The notes beneath the pieces were generated by a model. It made no database searches, had not been told where the DNA came from, and saw nothing but the letters and a program-made list of their open reading frames with translations. Shown piece by piece: positions 13,183-26,500 of a DNA stretch of 58,620 bases. Position 1 is the first letter of the stretch. Every line of letters starts with the position of its first letter. The position numbers and the translations under genes were made by a program. The DNA comes from Catajapyx aquilonaris (Eukaryota). The DNA lies in assembly GCA_000934665.2 (NCBI GenBank), contig JYFJ02002350.1, positions 1 to 58,620 of the forward strand. The letters run 5' to 3'.

Positions 13183-16100
13183 TCAGAGACTTCTCCAGAT
13201 GGTGGCCAGCAGAAGCACACTCATGACTGAGGCACTAGTGACCTCATTTGACAGAGATGCACCGGATGTCCTTCTCTGCCAGCAAGGAGTCACCTTTGAC
13301 ACGGCGTTTACTAAGCTGTCAACCAAGTTGGCCGGTGCTGGCTTCTTGCACTTTTCCATCTCGGTCACGGCACACTTTTGCACAGACTCCATGCTCCTAA
13401 TGACAATAAGATCAGAAGGTCAGTTGTGGCGAAAATTCGACCACGGGTCCATAAAGTTCAGAGTATGTGGACCTTCTCGAGGTTTTTTAAAATAAATTTT
13501 ATGGGCGTCAAAGAAAGGACAGAGTTATGCCCTTTTCGCGAGAACATAGGACGTAACGGTTGCCCTTTCACCAGCACAATCTGACGGAAAAAGTGAAGCT
13601 TTGAGAATGTCCAAGGGTCCGGAACTTTATGCCCCATACAGTTACAATGCACATAGCCAACCAAGTTCAAAAAATTAACAATGCCCTGAGCAGTGAAATA
13701 CTGCAAGGACAAAGTATGCCTTTTTAAACCCAAAGTAATAAAAAAAATTGCTGCAATTGGGCACAAAACCACTCAAAAAATATTTTGTGGGTACAAGGAT
13801 GTTCACAATGCTGCTAATTACTGATTCAGAACTGGGCTTTCAAACATGTGGGTGGGACACCAGTTTGTATATAGGAAACAAAATATCAGCATGTGTTAGC
13901 GTCCGGAGGGGTGCAAAGACTGAAAGGAAGCAATAAAAGAGAAAGAGATTTACTCGGAGGTTTCCATTTCACACACTAGAAAGGGAGCTAAGCTGTAAAC
14001 CGTCCAAATATAGGAATCCTCCCATTTTCTCATTGTCCCCATGGCGATTTTAACGTCAGAAGCACCCATTTATCAATCCCTCGAACTTTTGATTAACAGG
14101 TAGATAACAATGTAAATGGACATACTCGCAAAGAGTTTCATTGAAGAGGAAAAGACCCTCCGCCCAATCGGAAGATTCCATTCCAACTGTTCTGTTGATG
14201 CAGTCGTGTATGGCGTCCTGTTTTTGCCTCCAGCATTCCGGACCTTCATCTGCCATAAAAACTGGAGAGAGAAAAATGGACGTACAGGGTGGTACATATT
14301 GCCTTCAAACATCGGAGACTTACTAGCCATGCGTTCGCCGTGCTTGTAGCAGACGAAATCCAGAAGAGCATCAAGAGCATCCAGTGTAATGTTCAAACTG
14401 GGCTGCTCCTCATCGTGAAGACATCCTCGTAGGACTTGGAAGAAGTTCTGGGCGCAATTTCGGACATCAGGAATCAGCCTGGAAAATCAGCATTGGAAAC
14501 ACTACATCCACTTTTGTACTGACTTGTGAGTGCTCACCCGCAATAGTGTGAGAAGACCTGGTCGAGGGCTCCTGTTTCAGCTGCTTCACTGGCTTCAGTT
14601 TCAACTTTGGTGATGTTTATGTACGACTCCAGGCATGACTGGAAGTCTTCGCGGGCCACCTCTGCATTGGCCCATGCTTTTGGACCACCCACCCTCTCGC
14701 ACCTCACCTGCAACTCATTCTCCCACTCCTCCTCGTCTTCTTCCGCTTCTTCCAGCTCATCTGTCCACGTCGCGTCTACCCCTAAAAAAGAGACATGGTG
14801 GTCAGCACGCCAACAGAAACAAACAGAACTCGGCTATCAAATGTTATCCTCAATATTAGACATCCTGGCCTTACAGCATATTGCAGGTTGCCCTGAATAG
14901 CCAGGATAACCTTGTCCATCCGCGTTCTTGGCTTGAAAGCGGTTGTTGTTTCAGGCCCGCAGCGTTACTGCGATTTTTGGGTTTGGGGAGAGTGCATAAC
15001 CTGGGGGACTAAAATCCTCCTAAAATAGGTGCTCACTAGGCAGGAAACCTCAAGGGAAACCTCGTAAGTCTGTCCGTCTGCATTGACAAAAAAGGCTGCA
15101 TTTCCATACTGATGCTGCGAGTTCTTGCCCTCTGAAACATGCACATATGAGTTATGCCAGCAGGGGGAATGCCATGCATAAAAAGCCAACGACTTACGCC
15201 CTGGAATTCAGAGCAAGAACCTATGTCCACATGTGGCTGGACTCAGTTCATTGCGCAAATCGTACGCAAGTGAGGGAATGCCATGGAAGTAGGCCAGAAC
15301 AATCATATGTGCCATACCGGTACTGAACTACAATAGCATAATGTCCCTCGGTGTTTATCCAGTCGCCGTCTTAAAGTAGCACATGGTGTTTCATAATTAT
15401 TCAAACTACATGATGAACTGCCCAAATTTATGGTACCACCTATATTTTGCATGGTGTCCTCGATAGTAGCCTGAAAATGTGCTATGCGAATTCAAGTGGT
15501 AGATACCAAATTTTTTTAAAAAAAAAAAAAACTTGCGGAAAGGCTATCCCTGCAAAAACAGATGGCCCACATTGGCCCACATGGCCCAGAAAAGCACGAT
15601 TCCACGTCCTTGAAGTGGACTTATCTGGAAGGGTTAATCAAGCACACGAGCGGGGGTCTTGGGCTCTTTTATTTTCGTGATGTGCTTTTTTGTCCCAACC
15701 CCCACCAACCATTGAAACTCAGTCGCCGCCAACCTCCACTTCCTCCGTGGCAGCAATTTTCCACTTCCTCCCCCACTCACACTCCTTCTGGCTCCTCTGA
15801 TTCATCCACAGTGTTAATGTCCTCCGGTCCGTTGTTACCCCATACTACTTGTCGTGTACAAATCGGGTCCGCCCTATACGCACACAGATTAACGTGACTC
15901 CATTTCAGACGCGGGTATTAGCAGTAGATGTATGTACACAAAGTACTTGAATAATATGCAGGATGTTGGCCTGAAACCACTCTACATATGATCACTCTCC
16001 TTGACATACACTGTGCTTCATTCTTATTCAGAAAGGAGTGTCTCATCTGTTGGAAGAATGTGGGCAATCAAGTGGGGAAGTTCCTGCGTGTCCGATCCGT

Positions 16101-17657
16101 CACAGGGACCATCATAATGTAGCAATTCATTTATTTGTATACTGTTCGTAGTTTACGTTTGCCCAATGCAAGCAAGGTCTCTGTGCTGACCTCACTTTGG
16201 ATGGTGCTCTTCATGCACTTGAATGTAATCGTCCCGAATGGTGTACTTGATGGTAACACACTTGGACTGGTCGCACCCAAAGACGTCATTGGTATTTGGA
16301 AACTGGGTATATAAATAGACGTATATTATGAATCCGCCTCATCAGTGTCACTATTATGCTGCAGACCATGCCAATGGAAGACTAATGTTGCAATCAGTTG
16401 AAATATATTCATTGTTGGCTATAGTCGGCCTGACTAACTCCTCATTTGCCAAGCGAGTTGCATCATTAAATTAGGGGAAGTGAGACGGGCACGTCAAGGG
16501 TTGGGAACCAAACCGCAAAAGGACTCATGACGCACTCGGACTGATAGCAATTCCACTGATTATTGCTTGGTGTCAACAACTCACATCACGTCGTGAGTGG
16601 AGTATAGTGATGATGATGAGTTATGTCTGACTTATTCAATAACTAGCATCATATAAGTCAACAAGCCCAGTTTTGTCAATATATAGTCGTATACCCCCAT
16701 GAGTAATGTGCTAACTTTCACTGCCAAAAATTGAATAGTAATAAACTCAAAATTCATATTCTAATATTAGGCAGCAGTCTTTCAAGTACATCTGTACAAT
16801 GCACACCTTCTGAAGGTTGGCGATATTTAAATGGCATTTTCCTGTTACTTGACATATTGCGTTTGTAGCGAACAATACACTGCACATGTTGATGAGAATC
16901 CGTCCAGTCATTGTTAAGCAATTTCGTTATGTACTTACTCAGCCCCAGTAAGCTACTTTTTGTGGAGATTCATTCAATGACGTTGAGACTAGTAGTTCGA
17001 CCTTGTACTCATAGCAAACACGTAGATGTTTTGCAAAGCAGCAAGGTAAATCTTATTGTCGAGATTGACTACATACAAAGCCATTATTATCCGTATAATA
17101 CTCCCATTCCTATGATGTGCTGGCTTCCCAAATAAACGGTAAATAAATACCATTTAATACCTGGACCTCTATGTTGGTTGATGCCGGGGGCAATACTTCA
17201 CGCGCTGTAATTAGAAAGCCGTAATCAGGAGCAAACATTATGAGATTTGCATTTTAATGAAGCCTAAGAGAGGAACAACAGGGAGCCTGAATATATCGGA
17301 AATGAATGGAGATAGTGGGTCGCTGTGTTGCCACCGGGCATCTTCCTGTGTGCGGAAGATCCAAGCCCATCCATGGCCAAAAATTGAGCCAAATTTGGCA
17401 CGCGGACCATGACAAAAACACGGCGCATGCGAATAGTCCATGCAATAGCGCACGCTGCGCCAACTATTGATTATGGCCATTACACACTCAAAGTTTCATA
17501 GCCCGAATAAAATGTCATGGGCGTATCTTACACTTTTGATTAAATAAGGTTCCTGCCTTTTGCAGGTATATGTGTAGCAAGTATAATCACCTGAGGCGAG
17601 CTGCAAGGACAAGGTGAGGAGCAGGTGTAGCAACAGTAGCCTCGGTGTCAGCGTCAT
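13183..17657 (-). CDS. DUF1397 / 27-kDa haemolymph glycoprotein-like secreted protein, 5 coding exons
   Basis: Exons 17657-17591 (signal peptide MTLTPRLLLLHLLLTLSLQLAS), 14781-14538, 14478-14324, 14261-14126, 13396-13183, all phase-consistent. Motifs GALDQVFSHYC, LLDFVCYKHGERMAIFMADEGPEC and EMEKCKKPAPANLVDSL match my recollection of DUF1397. Confidence 0.85.
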
Positions 17658-20578
17658 GTGGCAAGACAGGTGCACACGTCAAATGGGGCCGCAGTTTCTT
17701 CCTCCTCACACACACTCACACATGTGGTGCAGACCCAATATGACAAGAACTGGGAGGGGGTAGAAGGAATGTTTGGTTGTCGGTGGGTGTCGCTGGTGGA
17801 TATGCGCCCTACCGACCGCTCACTGCCGAGCTCCCCACTCGACTGAGCCCAAGGACGGAGACGGGCCGGCGGGCGTCCCCACTGAGGCACCAAGCACCAC
17901 TCACGTTTTTGGGGTCGAAATCATAGGGGAAGGAAGATGAAAGGGGGGGAAACAGGCCGTGTTGCCCATCTGCCTTTTTCTAACCGACATGGGGTTAGGT
18001 CAAGCATGGCCAAGGACATGTCTGGGAAGCGCCCGGGGTTTTTTTTTTTTCAGGGACAAAACGAGGATATATTCTCGGTACTAATGCAATGAGGAAAAAC
18101 ACAATTAATTAGGCTTGGACGTCATTCTGGAGTTACGTCTGTTGCGGTTTGCCCGATTTGCAACATTATTGGAATGTGCTCACCACATTGCATTGGTCAC
18201 GTAGGTATAGAGGGGCAAAAGTGACAGAGATGATCCATCATCATCGCGGCAGGTTCACTGGAAATTCCAGGAATGTCTCGTTGGACCTGCGTTGGACGCC
18301 CTCATGATGGATCGTCATCTTTTCGGCCGAGAGACGGACCAAAAGAGGACGAAAAATCGCACGACAATGTGGGCGTGGCAAACCTGTTTCATGTCTAAAG
18401 GACAAAGTGTTTTTTTTTCCATCACAAAACCGGGAGCTAAAGAAATGCTGTAATAAAATACCAATTTTCTTGATCTAGAAGAAATAAAATCCACATCCAA
18501 CAAAGGGCAACAAGTGAAGAATGAACAGTGTAGATATTCATTATCAATTATTACTTCCCTCTAGTAGCTATTATCAAAGTGAATCAAACTGAGATTACAA
18601 TAAATTGTTTGCAGATTACTTCCACCTGCTTTCTGACAAATCTCCATTAATCTGTTGACAAATTGAATGGCATGCAGACATGCAAAAAGTATACAAGATT
18701 ACAGGTGTAAACCAGCATTTTTATTTCTAATTTCTGCTATCAACAAAGTCTTCCTGTTGGTCACCATATTGGATACAAAAATTATTTTTTAAACCAATAT
18801 TTTGTTGTTTTTTTATTACCAGGATTATTACAACATTGATAATAACATTGCCCTCGAGCTAATTCATTCCTTGCGGGATCCCCAGCTTTGTAAAAAAATA
18901 ATCTGGTCCAGGGATAGCATTTTTCTTCTGTCACTACCCACTTCCTCTACTCTTCAACCTGATTAGTTGTAGTTGACTTGTGATCCAGCCACCAGTTCAA
19001 AAAAAACAAACAAAATAATGAAACATTACTGACTAGCACATTGCCCTCAATAAAAGTGAGGAAAAGGAAGCATATCCAGAAATTTCTTCTCTGGGATACC
19101 AGAACGTCACACAGGTTCTTTTTTTTGTTTGTTTGTTTGTTTAAATACACCACTGCTTTTTCCCTCTTTTTTTAAAAGAAGTTTTTCAAACAGTTTGTTT
19201 TCACTTCACTCAGACCCCAAATTAAAAATTTCCCCACTCACTTTTGAAGTTTCAGACAATCTGTCAGTCATTCAAAATTATACTTTTTAAATAGAACAAC
19301 AAGAAAATAATTAATTTTTTGGCATCAACAGCAAAGTCCAGCACACATATTAATGATTTTAAGCAGAGACAACATTGATAGACAATTTGATTGCCTGGTC
19401 CACCACTTAGGTTTCCTTCTACAATTGTTCATGATCGGAGCAGTTTAGCAGAATGAATCCAATGGAATGCAGTTGCAAGTATTTATACACATGTCAAGAT
19501 GACTGCCCGGGGTTAAGTATCATGCAAGATATCAGTGCCATTGAATTGCATCTTGGAAAGATTATTGCATTATAATGACAACCGCTGGATATTGTCTAGT
19601 CCATCACCAAAAAATGGGCCAGGTACAATCCCCAGTAAAAAGATTACGCATGTGACAATTTTCTTAAACCACATCCTCACAATGTTGTGGTCACATGGCA
19701 CAGATGCCACCATATTGATCCAGATTTTTTTGCATTAGCTATTACTTGAGATGTGGTTCAATAAAAACCTTGATTGGCATTTGCTCCCTTTTACTGACAA
19801 TGGTACAAAACACTACCTGATAACAGTTGCCCGATTTTGCCTAGTTCTCAAGCCTTGATGTTCGAACGATTCAGATCCATAAACAGGCTCTCAAATTCTC
19901 ACTGAAGTGGCAGTAATCAAGTCATGCAACAGACAATAAAAACACTTATTTTGCCTAAGCATGACAGCACATCATGTGACAAGTTAATTTCAAAAGAGGC
20001 CTGCCTAATTTTGCAAGACGCACAAGTGTAAACAAATTGTAAAAAACCATGTGATCTTCACCTACTTGTAAACGCTGATTCAAAATATATGTACACATTC
20101 CATTCTGACTCATTCATATAAGATCATATAAATAGTACTTACTCCAAAATTAAATAATAATAAAAGATACAAAAATATGAACAACCCCCACAATTGTGGA
20201 GGATCTTGCATTCAGGTGTGGGTAAGACATGGGAGGATGATTAGGTTCTAGATAGAGGGTAACAAGGGCAATCGAGATAAACTGAGCAGAGGAAGTTCCC
20301 TTGAAGGGTAGCTAAATAATATAACAGGACCCACGAAATCCATAAAAGAAAATAAATAATTGCTTGTTGCGAAGGGGCATAAACACCACAATTCTATGAT
20401 ACACCACCTTCCATTCTAAAGCTGCCTGCAGCACTAGGATAAACTGTCCAAAACAATTTTTCTTTTTTTTTTTGCTTTCCAAAGGCATGATCCAAGGTGT
20501 TAAAAATTTTCCATCCAATGATCCAAATGTGGGCAGGTAAACAACAGAAGACTCGAGAGAAGAAATGAAGGGCTGGGG

Positions 20579-23500
20579 TCAATAGGCCACAACCACAGAG
20601 CGCTTGTCACGATTCCTGCTGCGGCTGAGGGTGCGGGCTTTGAACGCAGACACATTCATCATATGCTGTGGAAAAAGAAGCACAATATGTCAGACATAAA
20701 GCAAGTGCATATGCTGAAATTTGTCTGCAGAAACTACACCCCCTACAGCTAAAACTTCTGGTACAGTACACTACGAGACATAAAATTTTGCATTCCCTAA
20801 ATGTAAACAATGGTGTTGGCATTAACTGGCAACTGCGCCGTCGAAGGCGTGTTCTGACATCATCACATGGAGGTTGCTTAGTGTTATTTCTATTGTTGCC
20901 ACTGTTTACAGGGAGCGAGTGATGCTGGGCAACCTAGCGAAGGGTCTTCATGCTTATTAATGTATGGCATCGGAATAAGCGGGCTGAGGGGATATTATTT
21001 TGAGAAAGCGCTTTATTTTTATCACTCTATCATCACTTTCCAGCATGAGTCAGGGTGAAGTTACTGAATGATTGGGAAGGAGTCCGGTATGCTCTTGTCT
21101 GCTAATTTAATGTAAGGTCCATGTTGAATGTCATCCACTCCCAATCAAGGCCAGTGTAAAGCGCTTTCTCAAAATACGAGTAATATCTCCTCAGCTCCCT
21201 TACTCCGATCCCATGCATTAGTAAGCATGCAGACCCGTCTCTAGGTCGCCCAGCATCACTCACTCCCTGTAAACAGTGGCAACAATAGAAACAACACAAT
21301 AGACCTGCCATGATGTCAGAACATGCCCTCGTTGTTACATTTAGGGAATGCAATAATTGTATCCAGTAATGTACCAGTTAAAATTCCTGCATATTCTAAC
21401 AGCCAAGATTCCATCATGCATATTAACAAGTTGTCACAACATTGCAATGCCTAACTTGTAACAATGTCATTGTTTTCCACATATCCACACAATGTGCTAT
21501 GAAGAAACACACTCTGAGACTTGAGGAAATTAGTTTAGCATCAAAAGAGCAAAGCAATTTTCATGATTCGAATATCACTTGCAAAATGCCCTTGATGCAC
21601 TGGTTACATGCAATGAAGGCAGGCTTTTTGTCACCTGCCTTACCTGGCCTTATCCTATCTCATACCGCCCCCATCAAGTTTGCCTTTTGCCCTCCAATGC
21701 TTCACTTCCCTGCTTTGATACATAAATACTTTTCTGCACACTATTTTAATGACTTTCTTTAGAATACAAAAACATTTCAAAATTAAACTCAACTAACCCG
21801 CTCAAATTTGGTAATCTTCTGCACAGGTGCATTGAATGGCAGCACACTTCCCAACTCGAAGATGTCCCTGACGAGGTCATTGGTGGCCAGGTGGATGTTA
21901 GTTCCAGAGCCCAGGGCCTGGCAGACTGCATCATACTGGCGCTTGCGGCGCCAAGAATTCAACAGCAGGGCCTCTGGACCAAAGCGAACCTGCACACACG
22001 GAGCTTCCTGATCCTGTGGAAACAAAGTAAATTCATAAATATATTGTCCTAGTATGAACAATATTCATTAAGTGAAATGAGCCCATACCAGCCCCAAGGA
22101 CATTTGTCTGATAAATAATGCTGATTTCATTTTGCCATAGAATTTCAATGTAATTGAGTCACACATAATGATAATGGAAGCCAATTCATTACACAGAAAT
22201 ATTCTGCAGGATGGGAGCAACAATGCTACACATAGACTTCACTGAATGTGAGCTAGGGGCTCGTTTCTCATTCTACTATTAGTTACCAGCATTGACATGA
22301 TCTCTAATTATCATAGGCTTGGCTTCTGGCGCTACAGTAACACTATTAACATAAACTGTGTAAGTACTGACCTCAACACCACGCACAATGTCCCTGAAAC
22401 TGGATCTCTGCTGTTTGCGATCCTTCTTGGCCCTGTATTTGTGGGAATCAGTGGCCAACTGGTGGAGCTTGTCAGCCAGCAAGGGTAGCAGGTCGGTCGG
22501 AAGCTGCAGGAAATCGTCTGACTTGTCATTCTCCTCTTCCTCATTCTCTGCTACCTTGGACTCCCTAGCCATCTCCAGGAGGAGGGCCAGGCATTCTCCA
22601 GCAGCTATGCGAAGCTCTAGATCTGATGAATCAAGGAGTCGTGCCATGAGGGGGATGCGGGAAGGGGCCAGGAGTGCCACACGTTGTGGGTGGAGAAGGG
22701 TCAGCATCAGAGCCCATGAGGAAGCAGCTGCAGAAGCCAACTCTCCTTGTTCTGCATTCAATGATGAAGGGGATGTTAGGATGCCCTCCAGGGTCTCCAT
22801 GAGCTCCTCTGCCTCAACATCACCCCCACCGCATAGAAAGTTGCACAGACCCAAGGATGCACAGCACCTATGAGCAACAGAGATTTATTCATCAATGTTA
22901 TTGCTATATTTTTTTTCTGCGGTGCAATGTGTCAACACTCATAAGTAGACGACTGCCAGCCACCTTGATCCTTACCAGAGAAAAAAGGTTTCAAAAAAAT
23001 CTGATGACAGAAAACATAAGGTATCATAAGACTTGTAGCAATGTCATTGTTTTCCACATTTCCGCACAATGTGCTATGAAGAAACACACTCTGAGACTTG
23101 AGGAAATTAGTTTAGCATCAAAAGAGCAAAGCAATTTTCATGATCTGAAAATCACTTGCAAAATACCCTTGATGCACTGGTTACATACAATAAAGGCAGG
23201 CTTTATGTCACCTACCTACCTGGCCTTATCCTATCTCATACCTCCCCCATCAAGTTTGCCTTTTGCCCTCCAATGCTTCACTTCCCTGCTTTGATACATA
23301 ACTAGGGACTGTTTCATGGCCAAACACTTGAATGACCCTTTTGAAGGGCATGCAGGATTCTGATAGCACATAACCTTCATAGTACCAAAGCTGCTGAAAT
23401 TGCTCTGCATGACAGCCACTCATTCAACCCAATGGCACACCTGCCAGCAACAAAACCGATTGAGCCTTACAGCTGTTTCAAAGCAGTACAAGCAGTCATG

Positions 23501-26500
23501 TAGCCAGAGAGATGTGTGGTTACATTACAATAACCTTACTTTATTTGAATGAAAACTATGTGCCTCTCAGTAAAGCAAGGAAATCAAAGCATGTGCTAAT
23601 GCATTGGCATCACTGCTGGCAGGAAATTGTGTATCAAAACTCATGCTGGCAATACATGTAAGATAAGGCAGGGGAAAAAACACCTTTCCTGTAGCAGAAA
23701 AAATAGCACTTTATTATCGAGTAATACCACCTGCCTTGCATGAACAATGATTTGGAACATAAGGTAGAAGAGACAATTCTTGTATTTAATGTCAAACTAT
23801 GAAACCAACATAACTGTAGATTCTGAAATGGACCATTTGCGAGAAGCATTCTTTTCCCTCCCTTGTAATGACACCATTCCACTCTGCAAAAACCGACCTG
23901 TAAGCACTTGATTCGTGACAAACAATATCAATATGCACAACAGGTATAACACTACCCTGCTACAAGGCTTTGATCATACCTGGCACGAGCTGTGCAAGAT
24001 GTGTGGGTGTCCAGAGTGGCGTGCAGGAGGGCAGGGCGGAGGTCTGCAAAGACAGCTTCTGCATCATCAGTGGATCCCAGCTGCAGGCAGAGGAGGGAGG
24101 CTAGCCGGGCAGCTCCTGACTGCTCCGGTCCCTTCCCCTTCCGCAAGCAGCGCTCCACTGCATCAGACACTGTCATGCGCCTTCCCAGGAGAAAATCTGG
24201 AGCAAACTTGTGTGCCAAGGCTCTGCAGCATGACTCCAGGGACTGGACGCGCCCAGCAGCTGACTTCTGGGTGCACCCGTCAATGGCCTCCTTCAGCTTC
24301 TCCTCAAACAACTCTTCCTGGCTCTGCTCATCAACCTCCTCAGCTAGACCTAGGGCAATATGATAAAAGAAGTTAAGAATAGTTTTGTCGTGGCACAAAA
24401 AAAAGTGCTTGTGCTCAAGAAGTGACATGCCATGATATGTCATGTTTTGCCACGAGCTTGTCACAAAATGCCATGAGATGGTCACATGGGCATATCTTAG
24501 AAAAAATGAATCAGTACAAAGTTCCCGCAGTGTCAACAAATCCTGTTTACACCAACTCTTAAGAATATACTAAACCTGTCTATTATGGAGTTGGGTTAGG
24601 CCAACCTGTGAACAAACTCATCATTCTCATGTGACATTAAGTTGCCACTCATGCTCTTTGATCATTTGGGTACTTATTCCACAATTAGCTACAGTATATC
24701 TGGGCAATTCAGATGATTTCCATTTGTTGTCACCCACTGTTTTTCATTCTGACTCAAAAACATGCTGCTGAAGAAATAAAGGACTTTTATCACCTTGTGA
24801 AGCACAAGAAAATCCATGCATGCTTGCTAATAACATTTATATGTAACGAATAACAAGAGATTGGAAAAATAACATCTCCTTTCTTCTTACGACAAACAAC
24901 GGGAGAATAGCTTCCATCTTGTCATCCGTGCCAGTAATTATGCAACAGAGTCCCACACAAACTCAAAAGTTTTTGAAAATCACAAGAACGAAACAGTCCA
25001 AGATTCTATCGCAGCCAAAATTATGCAGACGATTCATGTTTCAAGCCTGCGATGAATTCACAGAAAATTCAGGGACTTCTCTGCTCAAGTGCAAATATGC
25101 AGCAGCCATAACGGGTCGGAAAAGCCTTCTGTGCATATTCCTGTTGGTGCAGACATAAATTACAGACCACCAGAACCTTGCAACATTAACTGTAATCAGC
25201 TGCCCATACCAATGAGCCAATGGGAATATCCATTGCACTGATGTTAGGAAGAGTATGTCGTATGGTCCTTATTTTTCAGTGTAATTCTCACATAGCTTAT
25301 TTTAATCCTACACTGCAAAGTGACCTGCCAAACAGCCCAGTGATAATAAAACACCCCCTAGGGCCCAAGTCTGGACAGCAGAGGTAACTCACTGGGTGAC
25401 TACTATGGAAATACATCTAGAATGTTATGAGTATTGGGTATTTACACCTACTTTTAAGGGGCAGCTCATAGGAGAAGAAGGAGTTGGGAGGCACCTTGGA
25501 GGAACAGGAAGAGCACTGGCCAAAGCGCAGTCTCTGGGTGCGGGCGGAATGCCACGGACAGGCGTGAATGGTATGATGAGGGCAAGGCGACACCACTGAC
25601 ATCTCCTCACCTTCATCGCAGAGGCTGCGACACTCAGAGGCTATGCTGACCACGCTGGCCGTGTCGTTCACCGAGTCCTCGTCTGAAATGTCCCCATTTG
25701 CCTTGGAGCCCCCTCTCAGAGAGCCTCCTGAAAAGAGTAGAGCACATAATGACCACTTAAGCACTTGACACTTGACCAGCAACCCGAGGTAAATCGGCCG
25801 ACACAGTGACACACACCCATGCTCTTGCGCAGGAGGCTCTTGGCCAGGCTTTTCTCCCGTTTGCCCTGGCGGGTGGGCATCTTTGCCCTGGTCCTCTGGG
25901 AGAGCTGGGGCAAGCCACGTAGCTTCCAGCTCAAAAATCCCCAGAGTAGTTGTGTAACATAGGCTCCCTAGTACCCTTGCAGCTGACCTTGACTATGTAT
26001 CCTCCTTATCTGTGGACTATGCTCTAGGGGGTATAGTCACTGGTTGTCACCAGTACTGTCACCAATATGTGTCCTACTCCCAAATTTACTGACCAGGCCA
26101 TGAATCACCTCGAGGCAGAAAGATTCGCAGGCTCAAACCACTCCTCTCTTCCTGCTCACATTGCATTTCCTGCCTACAACAAGAACAACACTTAAAATCT
26201 GCATATATGCATCGTAAGTCCTTAATAATATGAATAGTGGGCCAAGCAGGAAGTGCAGATTCTAAATGGGATATGGCATGCAGCCTCCCTGGTGGCCTGC
26301 AACAAGGTCCAGTGCTCAAGGCTGCAGCAGGAAAGAACGTCAGAAATAAACTTGACTAAAGCCACTTGGCTGGCTGCCTGGCCGAGCTTGCTCTCCTTTC
26401 TCTTTCCACCTGTCTGATGGAATTCCTTTAGACTTTCACCTTCCTTCTGCACACAAAATTGGGTCACTCAACTCCTGGATTTCACTATGTCAATGTTACC

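Noticed and set aside
17254..17463. ORF with a hydrophobic start and GRCP motif as a lipocalin N-terminus
   Set aside because: Non-ATG start and no downstream GxW lipocalin motif exon found.
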